Below, piece by piece: positions 1 to 15,485 of a stretch of 64,000 bases of DNA. The translations under genes and the position numbers were made by a program. Within the stretch, counting starts at the first letter, position 1. Every line of letters begins with the position of its first letter. The notes below the pieces were generated by a model that searched no databases, was not told the DNA's origin, and was given only the letters and a program-made list of their open reading frames with translations. The stretch is from positions 2,560,001 through 2,624,000 of the forward strand of contig CM000152.2 in assembly GCA_000004695.1 (NCBI GenBank). The letters run 5' to 3'. Source of the stretch: Dictyostelium discoideum. Taxonomy: Eukaryota.

Positions 1-880
1 AAAGTTATAATTATCAGTATTGTATGTATCAAAAAAAAAAAAAAAAAAAAAGGGTTGAATTTATTTATTTATTTGTTTTTTTTTTCTATTCAATTTTTTG
101 TAAAAAACTTTTTTTAAAAGGGGTAGTGGGGGTTTATATAAATAATTTTTGTAATATATCTACTTTTATAAATATAGTACTAAACTATACATATTTGTGC
201 ATGTACTATGTGAATTTAATTGAAGTTATTTATAAACAATTTTTTAAAATAAAAAATAATCATCATGGAATAAAACAATTTAAAATAGATTAAGTATTCC
301 GACTTTTTTTTTTGATTGTGAATAAAAAGTAACATTAAATAAAAAACTTTGTAGAATGTATTTTATAATTAAAATAAAATGATACACATCAAAGAAATTA
401 TTTTAAAAAAAAAACACAATAATTTAATTTAGCACCCACATATATATACATAAATATAAAACATATTAATAATTTTTGTAATTTTTTGGATTATTCTTTT
501 TTTTTTTTAAAAAATAATGTAAAATGGAAATTGATCATCATAATTTTTTTTTTATTTAAAGAAACACCACCTCACTTTTGTATATATTTTTTTTTTATTA
601 ATTTCTTTTTTCAACTAATTGTATATAAACAAAATTGTGATAATTATTAATTTTTTATTTTATTTTATTTTTATTTTTAAAAAATAAAATAAAATTAAAA
701 AAAACAAAAACATAATTAAATAAAATAAAAAAAAAAAAATTATATATTTTATTTTTCATTTAAGTTTTAATAGAATAAAATAAAGATATAATAAGAAAAA
801 AAAAAAAAAAAAAAAATAATTAAATAAAATTATAGATATAATTAAAAAAAAAAAAAAATAAAAAAATAAAAAATAAAAAA

Positions 881-3234
881 ATGAAAATCAAAAGTTTAAT
901 AATTTTAATAATAACAATATTATTTTTAAAAAAAATAAATTCAGCATTTGTTTATCCGAGACCTTCCGAATTAACACCAATTAAATTAAAACCAATTATT
1001 TCAATTGGTAATTTTTGTCCTTACAAAAATGTAAGTCTTTTTTTTTTTTTTTTGTTTTTTAGAAAAAAAGTTTAAAAAATAATTTAGAATTTAATATTAA
1101 CATCTAAATTAAAATAAATAAAAAAGTATGGTGTTCAATTAACAATAAATAAAATCAATTATAATTTGGTTATTGATACAGTAAATTCTGTAACAACATT
1201 ATCATCAAAAGAATGTAGATATGGATGTTTACGTTTACCTAGATTATATATTCCAAGTTCAAAAACGAAAGTTGATAAAGAAATTTCAAAAGGATATTAT
1301 AAAGATTCAACAGTATGGCAAGGTTATGTTGTTGGTGAAAAAATTATTATTAATCATAACTTAACAACAAAATCTGAAATTAAAATGATTGCATTAACAT
1401 CACAATCGAAACCACCTGCAAATCCAAGTAAGTTTTTTTTTTTTTTTTTTTTTTTTTTATTTAACATGTGATAATCTAATTTAATTAATTATTTTTTTTT
1501 AAAAAAAAAGTTTGTGAATCATCAAGTATGTTAGCACATGGTATAATTGGTGTTGGTCAATCAAAAGAAATTAATTCATTTGTTAGACAATTTTCAGGTA
1601 TGAATAATATACCACCAATATTTTCATTAACAATGTGTCCAGAGAATCCAAGAATTTGGTTTGGTGGATATGATCCAAGTGTTTTAGAAGAACCAAAAAA
1701 GTTTGCATTTACAAGATCAGAGGGTGACTCATATGGATTTACAATTAATAATGTTTATATTGGACCAAATACATTATATCAAGTTACAGATTTTGTATGG
1801 AAATCTGAATTGGATACAAGTACACCATTCATTCATTTACCATCATCAGTTTTTCATCAAGCAATTCAAGTTTTATCAAGAGAGAGACATTTTAATAAAT
1901 ATTTTAATACTCGTTTCTTTACTGAAAAGAAATGTGTACTAAATCCACTTGCAAACTTTACAATTGATCAAATTAATGGGTTATTACCAAAATTTAGAAT
2001 TGTTTTTAAATCAAATTTGCCAAACTCTGAAATCTCTTTAGATGCAGTACCATCCTATTTGGTAATTGAAGGTGATAAAGCATGCCCTGGTATAGTTGAG
2101 TCATTGGATTATAATTCAAGATTTGGTGTTTCATTATTTCAACAATATATGGTTTTATTTGATCAAGTCAATGGTTTAGTTGCGATGGGTAGAGCAAGTT
2201 GTAAACCAAATCGTTGGGTACCTGGTAGTAATTGGGGTGAATGTAAAAGAGATTTAAATTCAACTGATATTAGAGAAGGTGGTATAAATTGTGAAATGCA
2301 AACTCGTCCATTAAAATGTATAAATGGTAGAAATAAACGTGTTGCTGATTCTCTTTGTCATGGTATTTTTAAACCACTCTACAAAAGACCATGTTATAAA
2401 GAAGAAGAATCATCTGAACATCATAATGACAATTCTTCATCAAGTCATCATCCATCAATATTTGTTGATAATGACGATGATGATCAAAATGAAAATTCAC
2501 CTCCACCAGCAACTAAAAATGGTAAGAAAATAACACCAAAACCAGTTAGAACTAAAAAACCAACAACAGATTGTAAAGTTGATATTGGTACTTGGAAAGT
2601 AATGGGAAATTGGTCTGATTGTGATCAAATTTGTGGTTCAGGTTTACAAACTAGAGAGGTACTTTGTATTTCGATCAATGGTGAGTTATTAGATCAAGAA
2701 AGATGTAATTCTCATACTAAACCACCAAGTGAACGTGTTTGTGCAGTTGCAAAATGTCAAGCTGAGTATCATTGGGATACTTCAGATTGGTCAGGTTGTT
2801 CGACTCAATGTGGTGAAGGTACACAAAGTCGTTTTTCAACATGTATAGATTCATCAGTTTGGAGAAATGTTGATTCATTAAATTGTAAAGGTCCAATGCC
2901 AATTCTTGAAAGAGAATGTCTTGGTCAACCATTATGTAGTAAATTCAAATGGGATTGGGAACCTTGTCAACCAAGCTGTCCAGAAATGGCTTATGTCTAT
3001 TGTTATAACTCTTCATCAGCTACAAAAGTTGATAATTCATTTTGTAAACAAATTCCAAATCTATTCATTCCAATAGATTGTAAATGTTATAAAACAAAAA
3101 AACATTTACAAACAACTTCAACTTCTGAATTCTCTGACAGTACTTCAAATTCTTCAAAATTAATATTACCTTTAATTTCATTAAATATTATTTATTCAAT
3201 TTTAATTTTATTTATAACAATAAAATTAATTTAA
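881..3234 (+). CDS. Secreted pepsin-fold (A1 aspartic peptidase-like) protein with degenerate catalytic motifs, about 4 C-terminal thrombospondin type-1 repeats and a hydrophobic GPI-like tail. Exons 881-1030, 1127-1427, 1511-3234.
   Basis: Signal peptide MKIKSLIILIITILFLKKINSA. Exon 2 reads YGVQLTINKINYNLVIDTVNS, matching the pepsin Y.G.I.IG...F.V.FDTGSS block. Exon 3 carries GIIGVGQS and the C-terminal lobe LVAMGRASC. Several TSP1 repeats (e.g. WKVMGNWSDCDQICGSGLQTREVLC, WDTSDWSGCSTQCGEGTQSRFSTC) follow. Donors gtaagt at 1031 and 1428; acceptors ..aaaaag at 1126 and 1510; frames join without stops. Confidence 0.7.
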
Positions 3235-3366
3235 AAAAAAAAAAAAAAGTAATAAAAAAAAAGGTAATAATATAAGATAATTAAATTATTTAAATAAAAT
3301 TTTATTATTTCAAAAAAGAAAGAAAAAAAAAAAAAATTTGATTTTTCTACTAATATAACAAATTTA

Positions 3367-5304
3367 TTAAATATTTGTATCAGATTTCCTAATATTTTGT
3401 AAAAAGTTATTTTTTGGAGTTGATAAAATCGGTTTTTGAGAATTATAATTATCATCTGAATCATCTTCACTTTCTGAATTATCACTTTCATTTTCTTTAT
3501 TTTTAGTTGATGTTGTTGTGGTTGTAGTTGTTGTTGTTGTATTTGTACTATTATTATTATTATTATTATTATTAGTTAAAATGGAAGACGGTATATTTGG
3601 TGAACTTGAAACATTATTTATAATTGGTGAAGAAGTTGGTCTATCATCATTACTTATTGACCTAGAATGACCACTACTACTTGATGTATTTACATTAGCA
3701 CTACTACTACTACCACTAAGATCAACTCTATTTCTATTGAAAATCTTTGTATTATATTCATCATCTGTAGAGATAACTGATTGATCATAAACAGATTTTG
3801 GAATTTTTAAGTAAGAAATGTTACCACTGATGACACGAGCAGTGAAATCTGGTACAAAGTGATCAGATTTCAAAGCACCAACACCAAGAGTAGAGAATGG
3901 ACCACCTTCACTAATAAAAGCTTCACTACCTGAACGAATTTCAACTTTACCTTGGAGGATGATTGTAAAGAAATCAGTGGCGACACCTCTGGTATAAATG
4001 AATTTATCACCTGTGGCTGGTCTATCGACATCCAAAACAATGGCACCTTTAGTGGAGAGCATTTTGATGAAAACATTTTCAGAGATGAACTTGGAGGAGA
4101 ATTCATCGATTGAACCACTAAGATAAGAGTAAATGGCTTTGACTTGTTGTGAGGATAATTGGGCGAGTGCAGTTTTTGGACCATGGAAAGAGCCGATTGT
4201 TCTATAGTCAAAGGTTGAATGATGTTGATTCTTCTTTCTAACCTCATGATACATATCATTCTCATCGAGAATTTCATCTTGAAGAATCTCTTCAATGATA
4301 TCTTCCAAACAAATGATGCCAAGGTTCTCATAGAATGGATCCCCTTCACCTTCGTTATTAACTTTATGTACGATTGCCATATGTGAACGACCAGTTTTAA
4401 ACTCTGTTAACATTTGATCCAATGATGTATCATTCCATGTCTTTACCAATTGTCTTTTGTATAGATTGAGAATGGTTCTAAGTGGTACTTTATCAGCTGG
4501 ATTCAATAATGCTAAATCTTTGACGTATAGACAACCTACAATATTGGATTTGTTTCCTTCAAATACTGGAATTCTACTATGTCCACTCTCTAAAATCAAT
4601 GTAATGGTATTATAGTCTAAAAGACTTTCAATATCAACACTAAATACTCTCTCCATTGGTGTCATAATTAATGAAACTTTTTTATGTGCAAAATCTAAAA
4701 CACCTGTTAACATTGTAACATCACTACGAGATACACCACTTTCATTTGCATGGGCTGAATGAATATCTAATAATTTTTTTAACTTTTTTAAAAAGAAAGA
4801 AAGAGAGAGAAAAAAAAAAAAAAATATTTATTAATAAAATATTAATAAAAAAAATAAATAATAAAAAAACTTACTTGATTTCTTGAATAAATTGTACCCA
4901 TTTCATTACCTAAAATCCAATCTAATGTTAAACTGATTGGATAAGCAAATGGGAAAAAGAGAAAGATGAAAACATAAACGATATAGATTGTATGAGCACC
5001 AACTGCTAAACCATGTCTTGAACATGCGGCTTGCGGTATAATTTCACCAGCAATAACGATAATTGTAGTTGATAAAATAAAACCAACGAAACCACTTGTC
5101 AAATCGGCAAGGAAAATTGATAAAAGTGCATTTACACCTACATTACCCAATAAAAGGGTACAAAGTAGTAAATTACCTTTTTGTCTAACCGGATATATAA
5201 TTTTTGCATATTTACTTTCTTTCGCCGTCCCACTCGCTATAATAATCTATATATATATGTTCAAATAAAAATTTTTTTTTTTTTTTTAATTGGAATTAGA
5301 TTGG

Positions 5305-5342
<38 letters not shown>

Positions 5343-5484
5343 TGATTTAATTTTTAATATTTACCTCTAAACCAGTAATATCTAAGGACATAATACCTAA
5401 AGTTAAACCAGCAAAAAGACCAGAGATAGCAACCAAGACGATAATTGAAATCCATTGGAAAAAATAATACTGAACTGATGTCAT
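3367..5484 (-). CDS. CNNM / ancient-conserved-domain family protein (DUF21 membrane domain + CBS pair + cNMP-binding-like domain; putative Mg2+ transporter). Exons 5365-5484, 4875-5246, 3367-4782.
   Basis: Exon 1 MTSVQYYFFQWISIIVLVAISGLFAGLTLGIMSLDITGLE and exon 2 IIIASGTAKESKYAKIIYPVRQKGNLLLCTLLLGNVGVNALLS match the DUF21 consensus (LD...L.V...G...E...A.KI.PVR.KGN.LLCTLLLGNV.VN). Exon 3 has the CBS pair (IMTPMERVFSV, GHSRIPVF) and a cNMP-like fold, then a poly-N/poly-T low-complexity tail. Donors GTAAAT and GTAAGT on the minus strand, with AG acceptors. Confidence 0.75.
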
Positions 5485-6022
5485 AATGTTGTATATATAT
5501 AAAAAATGTATATAATAATTATATTATTAATTATATACAAAATAAATATATATATATATATGAAATAAATATAAAAAAAAAAAAAAACTATTTGTAATTT
5601 AGAAATTACAATTGTGAAGAAAAAAAAAAAATTCGTTTTTTAAAGAGGATTTTTTTTAATATTAAATTTTAAAATTAAAAAAAAAAAAAAAAAATTTAAA
5701 AAAAAAAAAAAAATAAAAAAAATAAAAAATTAAAAAATTTTGTTTAAAAAAAAAAAAAAAATAATGATTGACATTTAACTGGGCAAACTCATGTCCGCAA
5801 GCGGCGTGGTCAAAAATATTTGGAGTGAATAATGAATTTTACAATGGAAAAATAAAAATAAAAATAAAAAAAAAAATAACAATAAAATTTTTTAAAAAAA
5901 AAAAATAAAAATAAATATAACACTTTCGTGTTTTAAAAATAAAAAATAATCACAAACCACTTTATTTTTATTTTAAATTTTTTTTTTTTTTTTCTTTTTT
6001 TTAAAAAATAAAATTCTTGATT

Positions 6023-6715
6023 TCAATTTATATTATTATTATTATTATCATTATCATTATTATTATCATTATTATTATTAATATTATTATTATCATTATT
6101 ATTATTATTATAAAATTTTATGGATTCAATCATTTCAATATAGTTATTATTATTAAAATGATCTTCATTAATTCTATCAATTGAAGCACTAAAATTAAAT
6201 AAAGGTGCATAAATTTCAGTTTTGAAAATATCAAACATTAATTTAATCGTGTAAAATAATAAAAGTGACCAAATTATAAATAATAATGTATTTAAAATTC
6301 TAAATTTTAATTCAATACCAAAGTTTGATCCATTTTCTAATAAATCTGAAATATCATAAATTGAAATAAAGAAAATTATCTCTGATATAAAACAATACTA
6401 AAAAAAAAAAAAAAAAAAAAAAAAAAAGAAAAAAGTTAATAAAATTAATAGTAATTTAAAATATATATTATTAAACATCAAATTAATTATTACGATTATT
6501 AAAAATGATTTTTTTAAATTTTTCAAAGTTAATAAACCAACAATAATTGAAATAATATTTAAAAAAAAATTAATAGCTTCTAAAATACTAAAAATCCATG
6601 GTAATCTTGTTGCTAATAATAAAATAAATATCCATTTAATTTGAAATGATTTCCTTTCATAATAATCATATCCTTGATATTCATAATAATCACACATTGA
6701 TAATATTGAATTCAT
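6023..6715 (-). CDS. Small multi-pass membrane protein of unknown function with a poly-N/D C-terminus. Exons 6494-6715 and 6023-6397.
   Basis: Two same-frame ORFs are separated by a single TAG. Donor ATC|GTAATA lies at 6493, and the TAG at 6398-6400 doubles as the AG of a T-rich 3' splice site, giving a phase-0 junction (..KKSFLII|YCFISEIIFF..). The product is hydrophobic throughout. Confidence 0.4.
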
Positions 6716-7009
6716 TATTTTAATTTGTACTTGTAATAATTTTATTCTTTTATTTTTTTTTTTTAATATTTAAAAAACAAACAAACAAATCAATTTTTTT
6801 TTTTTTTTTTTTTTTTTATATTTTTTTTTTATTTTTCCCAATAAATAAAAAAATAATTATTAAATTGTAAAATTCAAACATAAAACAGTTACCAAATTTC
6901 CTTTTTGAAAATCATTTTTTCATTTTTACAAAAAAAAAAAACATCAATTAATTTTTTATTTTATTACTTTTTAATAATTTAGAATTAAAAAACATTTTGG
7001 CTATTAAAT

Positions 7010-8081
7010 TTAATAAGCAAATACAACATTAATTGGAGATTGAAAATCTGGCCATATATTTGAAATGATGTAACTTGATAATGAAAATTTGTTATTTATT
7101 GATAAAACATTTAAATTAATTGCAGTTGGAACATTTTCATTTTGACATAAGAAAACCAATGATTTATAATCAGACGATAGGAATAATGGATTGTATAATT
7201 TTGGTTGACCAACGTAAACTTGTTGTTTAAATTCTTGTTTACAAATATTACCAAAACCATGTTCAATAATTTTGCAACCTGTAAAAGAACCATCATCATT
7301 AACTAATACTAAATAAAGATCATCCAAGCTTTCATTACCATTAAAAATCATACTAATTTGATTTGACGATGTGCCACCAATACCGTAATATTCATAAACA
7401 GTTTCATTTGGTGTTTTTTCATTAACTGAAATGTTGAATGATAATGCATTAACTGAATTATCAGAACCGGTGTATGCTAAATACATAAGTTCCAATTGTT
7501 GATTTACACCCGTTGCAACTGGTGAGCCTTTGACATAAGCATATGCTTGAATAAATACATCTTTACTTGTATTATCCATGAAATTTAAAATTGTAACATG
7601 AATAACTTGGTTGGTATAACTATTATTTATAATGTATGCAATTTTATTAACAATTAAAACTTGTTGATTTGGTAAATTAATTTCATTCTTTGATTTAATA
7701 ATACCGATTTCAATTATTTTTTTGTCTGTAATTTTATAAGCATATAAATAATAATTTTGTTCTGATGAACATAAAATATTTATCTTTTTTTTTTTTTAAA
7801 TAAAATTAATTAATATTTAACTTAATTTTTTTTAATTTTTTTTTTTCTTTTTTTTTTTTAATACAAACTGTATCTGGGTCTACTATTTGTGTTGAAATTA
7901 TTTGATATTCGATATCAAGATTAATACCTGGTGAATAGGCATTAACATTTGGATTAATAATATTTAAAATTTGTTTTCCACTAATTTCATCAAAACTTGT
8001 AAGAGAATAAAGTAAATTTGAAGAAGCTAAAGAAATTAAAAATTGGAAAGAAATTAAAAAAAGTATAAAGATAAACTTCAT
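7010..8081 (-). CDS. Secreted protein of unknown function. Exon 1 ~7869-8081, exon 2 7010-7783.
   Basis: Signal peptide MKFIFILFLISFQFLISLASS. The reading frame stays open upstream of the second ORF back to an AG at 7784-7785 (aaaaag|ATAAAT). The likely donor is ACA|GTTTGT at 7868. No family assignment. Confidence 0.45.
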
Positions 8082-9070
8082 TTTTATTTTTAATATTAAT
8101 CAAATCAACAAAAATAATATAATAAAAAAAAATTTAAATAAGAAAAAAAAAAAATAAAAAAAAAAAGAAAAATAAAATCAGAATAGAATGGAATTATGTT
8201 CGAAAAATATTTATGACATCACTTTAATTTTTAAACCTATTTCCTTTTTTTTTTAAATTTCCTTTTTTTTCTAAATTTCCTAATATTTTTAAAAAAATTT
8301 TTTTATTTTTTTAGATATTTATTTTCTCGAATTGTTTTATAATAATATCAATTGGAGAAAATAAATAAAAAAATAAATAAATTTAAAATTTTTTTTTTTC
8401 TACATACGATAATTTCAGATTTAACATTTTTACAACATTTGAATTTGTTGTTTTTTTTTTTTATTTTCTTTTTTTTTTAACCATAAAAAAAAAATAATAT
8501 TAACCAAAAAAAAAGAAAAAAATATAAAAAAAAAAAAATTAAGAAAAAGCAACAAAAAAAGGAATTAAAATCGAACATAGTTATGTATTTGTATTATAAC
8601 CTATTTTGGAATTATTATTTATTTATTTATTATTTATTTTTTTTTTTTTTTTTTTTTATATAAATCACTTTTTTTTTATTTTTTACATTTGAATTTAAAT
8701 TGATGGTTGTTTTTAATTAAAATGAAAATTCATGTTTTGGTATTCAATTCAATAAGTTTCAAAAAATATTTGGTTTTTGAATTAATATCATTTAAATGGT
8801 CCACAACATTTAATAATACTTTTCCAAAAACCAAAATATTTTATGAAACATATTAAAATGAATTAAAAGATGTGTTTACAAACATTATTTTCAATCTGTA
8901 AAACTGTTGTGGTGGTTTATTTGTATTGTTAGTAATGGTATTAAAATTGGTATGAAAAAAAAAAGATAATATTTTATACAATTAGAAATTATTATTTTTA
9001 TTTTTATTTTTTTAATAGAAAAACATTTCAGGTTACTAGATAGATCCAAACATTCTCCTATTCATTTTGG

Positions 9071-10624
<1,554 letters not shown>

Positions 10625-11083
10625 TTTAAAATAATTAATTTTTTTTTTTTTTTTTTTTGTTTTTTTTTATATAAAATTTATTATACAAATAAAATTATAA
10701 AACAAAATTGTGATTTTGAAAAAAAAAAAAAAAAAGAATAAATTTATTAGATTTATACCCTTTTTTTTTTTTAAACAAAATTTTTTAAATATAAAAAAAA
10801 AAAATAAAAAAAAATAATTATTTTTAAAAAAAAAATAATAATTAAAATTAAAATAAATAAAATTTATATAAAAATGATAATAAATTATGATAATAAAAAA
10901 AAAATAAAAAAAACCTATATAAAACCCACCCCTAACTTAACACACCCGCTGTGTTTTCATAAATAGAAAAAATTTAAAGAATAAAAAAAACAATTGGTGA
11001 TTATTTTAATAAATTCTATTGGATCATCAAACATTTCTTTTGATTTTTCATATTATTTTATGACGTTTTTTAATAATTGTATC

Positions 11084-11120
<37 letters not shown>

Positions 11121-11536
11121 TTTTTTTTTTTTTGTGGTTAATTAATAGCTTTTTTTTTTTTTTAGGAATGATAAAAAGAAAAAAATAAATTAAAAAAAAA
11201 TTAAAAAAAAATTAATTGAATAAAAAGGGCCCTTTATTTTTAAAAACAAAAAAAACAATTTTTGACTTTTAAAATTTGAAAAAACAACCCTTCCTTTTTT
11301 TTTTTTTAATAAAAAAAATAAATTTTTTTAATTTTTTAAAAACCCCAAAAGGTTTTTTTATTACAAGGGGGGGATAATAATTTTTTAAAAAAAAATTTAG
11401 GTTAAAAATTTAGGAAAAAAAATAATTTTTTGAAAAATTATTTTTTTTAAGATATCCATTTTAAATTTCCAGAATTTTAAAAGATTCAATCCATTACCCA
11501 CAACAATATGATATCATTATTGTGTGGAATCTTCAT

Positions 11537-11571
<35 letters not shown>

Positions 11572-12022
11572 CCTTTGAACATGTAAATTAATTTTTCCAA
11601 ATCTGGGAAAAAAAAAAAAAAAAAGATTTTTTTTAACATCGAAAAAGAAAAAAAAAACCCAAAAAAGAAATCTTTGAATTAAAAAAAAAAATAAAATAAT
11701 TCAAAATAAAAAAAAAAAATAACAATTTTTTTTTTTTTTTCTTTTTTTTTTTTTTTTTAAAAAAACGAGCCGTCTTTTTTTTTTTTTTTTTTTTTTTTTT
11801 CTTTTTTCGTTTTTTTTAAATATAAAAAGGTTTATTATCAATTTTATTTTTTGGATTTATTTTATATACTAAATTTGTAAAAAAAATAAAATAAAATAAA
11901 AAAATAAAATAAAAAATAAAAATAAATCTTACCTTTTTTTTTCATTCAAAAACCACCGCACTTAAATTAACCATAAAATATTAAAATTATTTAAAACCAA
12001 TTATTAATAAATAACCAATACA

Positions 12023-15000
12023 ATGACAAAAACCAAAAAAACCACACCAAAACCAACAACACCAACAGCAACAAAGGTAGCAGATACATTAAAGAGTAAA
12101 AAAGGAGTACCATCCACAGTTAAAACTTCATCAATTGCAAATCATAAACAAGTTGGTGTATTAAATAATAAAGAAAGAAAACAACAATTAAAGAAATTAA
12201 AATTACAATCAAATTTATCAAATCAATCAACCAATGTTTATAATAATTCCAATAGTAATTTATCACATGAAAATATTTTAAAATCAGTTATTGATTCTTA
12301 TATTTTACCATTAACAACATCAACATCAACCACCACCACCACCAAGAATAATTCAGCAACACCATCTTCATCATTTTTAGATATTAAAACTTATTTACCA
12401 AATGTAATTGTATTATTACATCAAGGTAAATGTTTAAAGAAATGTTTAGATTCAAATAATAAATCAGCTGAAAGTATTAAATTACGTGAAAGATGGATGG
12501 AACTTTTAGGATTCTTATTAAAACCAAATAATAATAATCTTTGGGTTGGTGTTCATTTACTTTGTGAAACTGTACGTGTTTGTGATTATGAAATTATGAT
12601 TAACAAATTAGAACATTGGATAACAATTTTAACAACATTAATTGAAAATCAAAAAAAAGTTTTAACTTTAAAGAACCAACAACAAAATCAACAAAGTCAA
12701 CAACAAATACCAAATACAATTTCATTTAAAGAATATGGATCAATTATAATATTATTATCATTATTAGTTGAAAAAGCAACAAAATGGAATGACTTAAAGA
12801 GAACAATTACAAATAATACAGTTATGTCACCAATTGTATCATTGATTTTATTATCATTAGATCAACAATATGGTTATCCAGATGAATGTAAAATAGATTC
12901 ATTAGTTGCAATCACATCATTGATTCAATCGGCTACTACTGCTTTAAAACCATACCTTTTCAAAATTGAACAATTGGCTTATCCATTACTCTACAGTTCA
13001 AATAAATCAATTCAAGAGAGTACTTCAACATTAATTGCCAATCTTTCACAATGTGTTGGTATTAATACAACCGATTTATATTGGGATATTTCTGTTCAAA
13101 AGATTTTAGTTGAAATGAATACAATTGTTGATAAAGTTTTTAATATATTTGAAGATCAAGATCAAACTAATAGTAATAATAAATCAAATGTAGTTGATAC
13201 TACTACTAATAATAATACTACAACTACATCAACTTCATCAACTGGTAGAACTATTAATTTACCAAATAATAGTAAATTATTAAATGTTGGTGATGATCAA
13301 GTTATTAGTATGTTAAAAAATTTATCATCTGTTAAATTCCCTGATACTCCAAAAGATGTTCATGCACAGACTTCATTTTATATTAAAGCTTTATTTGGAC
13401 TTTCAAATTGTCTCTTACGTATTTTATCAACAAGTTCATCAACACCTTCACCTGTACCAATTGATGAAATTATTAAATTAATTTGTAGAATTTTAAATCC
13501 AAATTTAAATCATCTTGCTTTTTCAAATTTAAATTTAGTATGTATCTTTTTTTTAAAAAAAAAAAAAAAAAATATAAATATATATAAAATATTAATATAA
13601 TTACTTTTTTATTATTTTTTTTATTATTTTATTAAATAGTCATTTTCAATTTCAGAAATGATATTTTTAATTCAACAATTTCATCAACAAGCATTTCAAT
13701 TATTATCAGGTATTTTAAAAATTTTTAGAAAATCATTATTAGTTCATAGTAAAACCATTTCATCATTATTATTAAGACCATTGAAATCATTAAATTATTC
13801 ATTAATGAGTCCAACAATTCATTCACAAATTTATAAAACCATTACAGATGCAGTTGAATCATTTGGTGCATCAAGTTCTGATTCATTGGCAATCCAAGTT
13901 TTACCAATATTATTAAAAGATATTTTACCATATATTCCAGAAGGTGGTAATAGCAACAATTCAATGTCAACAACTCAAAATACAACTTTATTAAATTCTT
14001 CAAAATTAACAATTTCTCAAACTATTAATAATGTTGATCCAACTTTAAATGATTTTGATTCTTTATCAATTAAAGAAGATGCTTTATCAGCTTTATCAAG
14101 TATACTTTTACATTGTGGTTCATATCTTCAACAACAACAACAAAATAATAATAATAATAATAGTAATTCATTTGGTACAGACAGTAATAATAATAACGGT
14201 CCAAAAGTTAAACAAATTTGTAGATTAGAAATTGATCAATTATTAGTATCATTATTATTAGAATGTCAATCATTATCAAGTGTTAAAAAGAATTCAACCA
14301 CTTATTTAAATAGTAGTTATAATTGTTGGAGATATAGATCAAAATTATATGAATGTTTAATTCATTGTGTTTTAAAACCAGTTTCAAATATACCACCAGT
14401 TTTACCATACTCAATTCGTATATTTACAAATGGTATGAGTAATGATCATAATCCAAATGTTAGAAGCATTTGTTGTAAAGGTGTTTCAATTTGTGAATCA
14501 ATCATTCATCCACAATGTCCATCATTAACTACTACTGCAACTACCACTACTTCAGTCACTTTTAATCAAAATCCTTCATCAGTTTATAAGAATTTATTAA
14601 ATTCAAATACAAATGCAATTATGGGTCAAGAAGATGACGATTTTGAAGAATCAAGTGATTTTGATGAAAATTTAAATGATCAAGAAGATGAAGATGAAGA
14701 TGATGATTTAGAAAATGAAATTGATGATAAAATTCAATTAGAAGATGATGATTTAGAAGTTGAAGAAGTTGAAGAAGAGGAAGAAGAAGTTGAAGAAGAA
14801 GAAGAAGTTGAAAAAGTTGAAGAAGAAGAAAAAGAAAAAACTATTGTTCATACAACTACAACTATTACTACTTCACAAAATAATAATATTGTAATGAAAA
14901 CATCTTTATTCAATACCTCAACACTTCAAAAACAAGCTACTGTTGCTCCAAAAGTTTCTAAAATCGAACCAAAGAAACCATTAATCGCCGATAATAATGA

Positions 15001-15055
15001 TGTTTCAATTGATGATGGTGATGATGATTTAGATTTACCAGATATTGAAGATTAA
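12023..15055 (+). CDS. Large nuclear-type protein with a basic N-terminus, helical (HEAT/ARM-like) body and a strongly acidic E/D-rich C-terminal tail, possibly RIX1/PELP1-like. Exons 12023-13537 and 13640-15055.
   Basis: Two same-frame ORFs joined by donor TTA|GTATGT at 13538 and acceptor aaatag| at 13639 (102-nt intron). The acidic tail reads DDDFEESSDFDENLNDQEDEDEDDD..EVEEVEEEEEE. The family assignment is a guess. Confidence 0.55.
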
Positions 15056-15485
15056 TATCTTTTTTTTTAAAATTAAAAAAAGAAATAAAAAAAAAAAATA
15101 AAAAAAAAAAAATAAAAAAATTAAAAAAAATAAAAAAAAAATAAAAATAAACATAAATTTAGAAAATTAAAAAAAAATTAATATCAAATACCAAATGGTT
15201 TTTGATTTAAAATAAATAGTTTTATTGTAAATATATCTTTTTTTTTTTTTTTTTTTGTTTTAAAAAATAAATAATTATTTGATTGTTAAAATAAATAGGT
15301 TTTTTTTTTTTTTTTTTACTTTTTTAATAATAGTGATAGTAATGATTTTGATTATTTGCATATCTGTTTAATAATAATTATTATAGATATTAGTATTATT
15401 TTTATTTTATTTATTTATTTATTTTATTTTTTTTATTTTTTTTTTAAAAAAAATTACATACAAATTAGAATAATATTTTTAAGAA

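Noticed and set aside
1703-2932. Alternative-frame ORFs inside the aspartic-protease/TSP1 exon (1703-1942, 2324-2533, 2717-2932 minus)
   Set aside because: They overlap a well-supported coding frame and are low-complexity out-of-frame artifacts.
11481-11530. DUSE-like TACCCACAA at 11486-11494 in the divergent promoter region
   Set aside because: The sequence ~60 nt downstream is a pure T/A homopolymer with no plausible small-RNA body. It is probably a chance match or a protein-gene promoter element.
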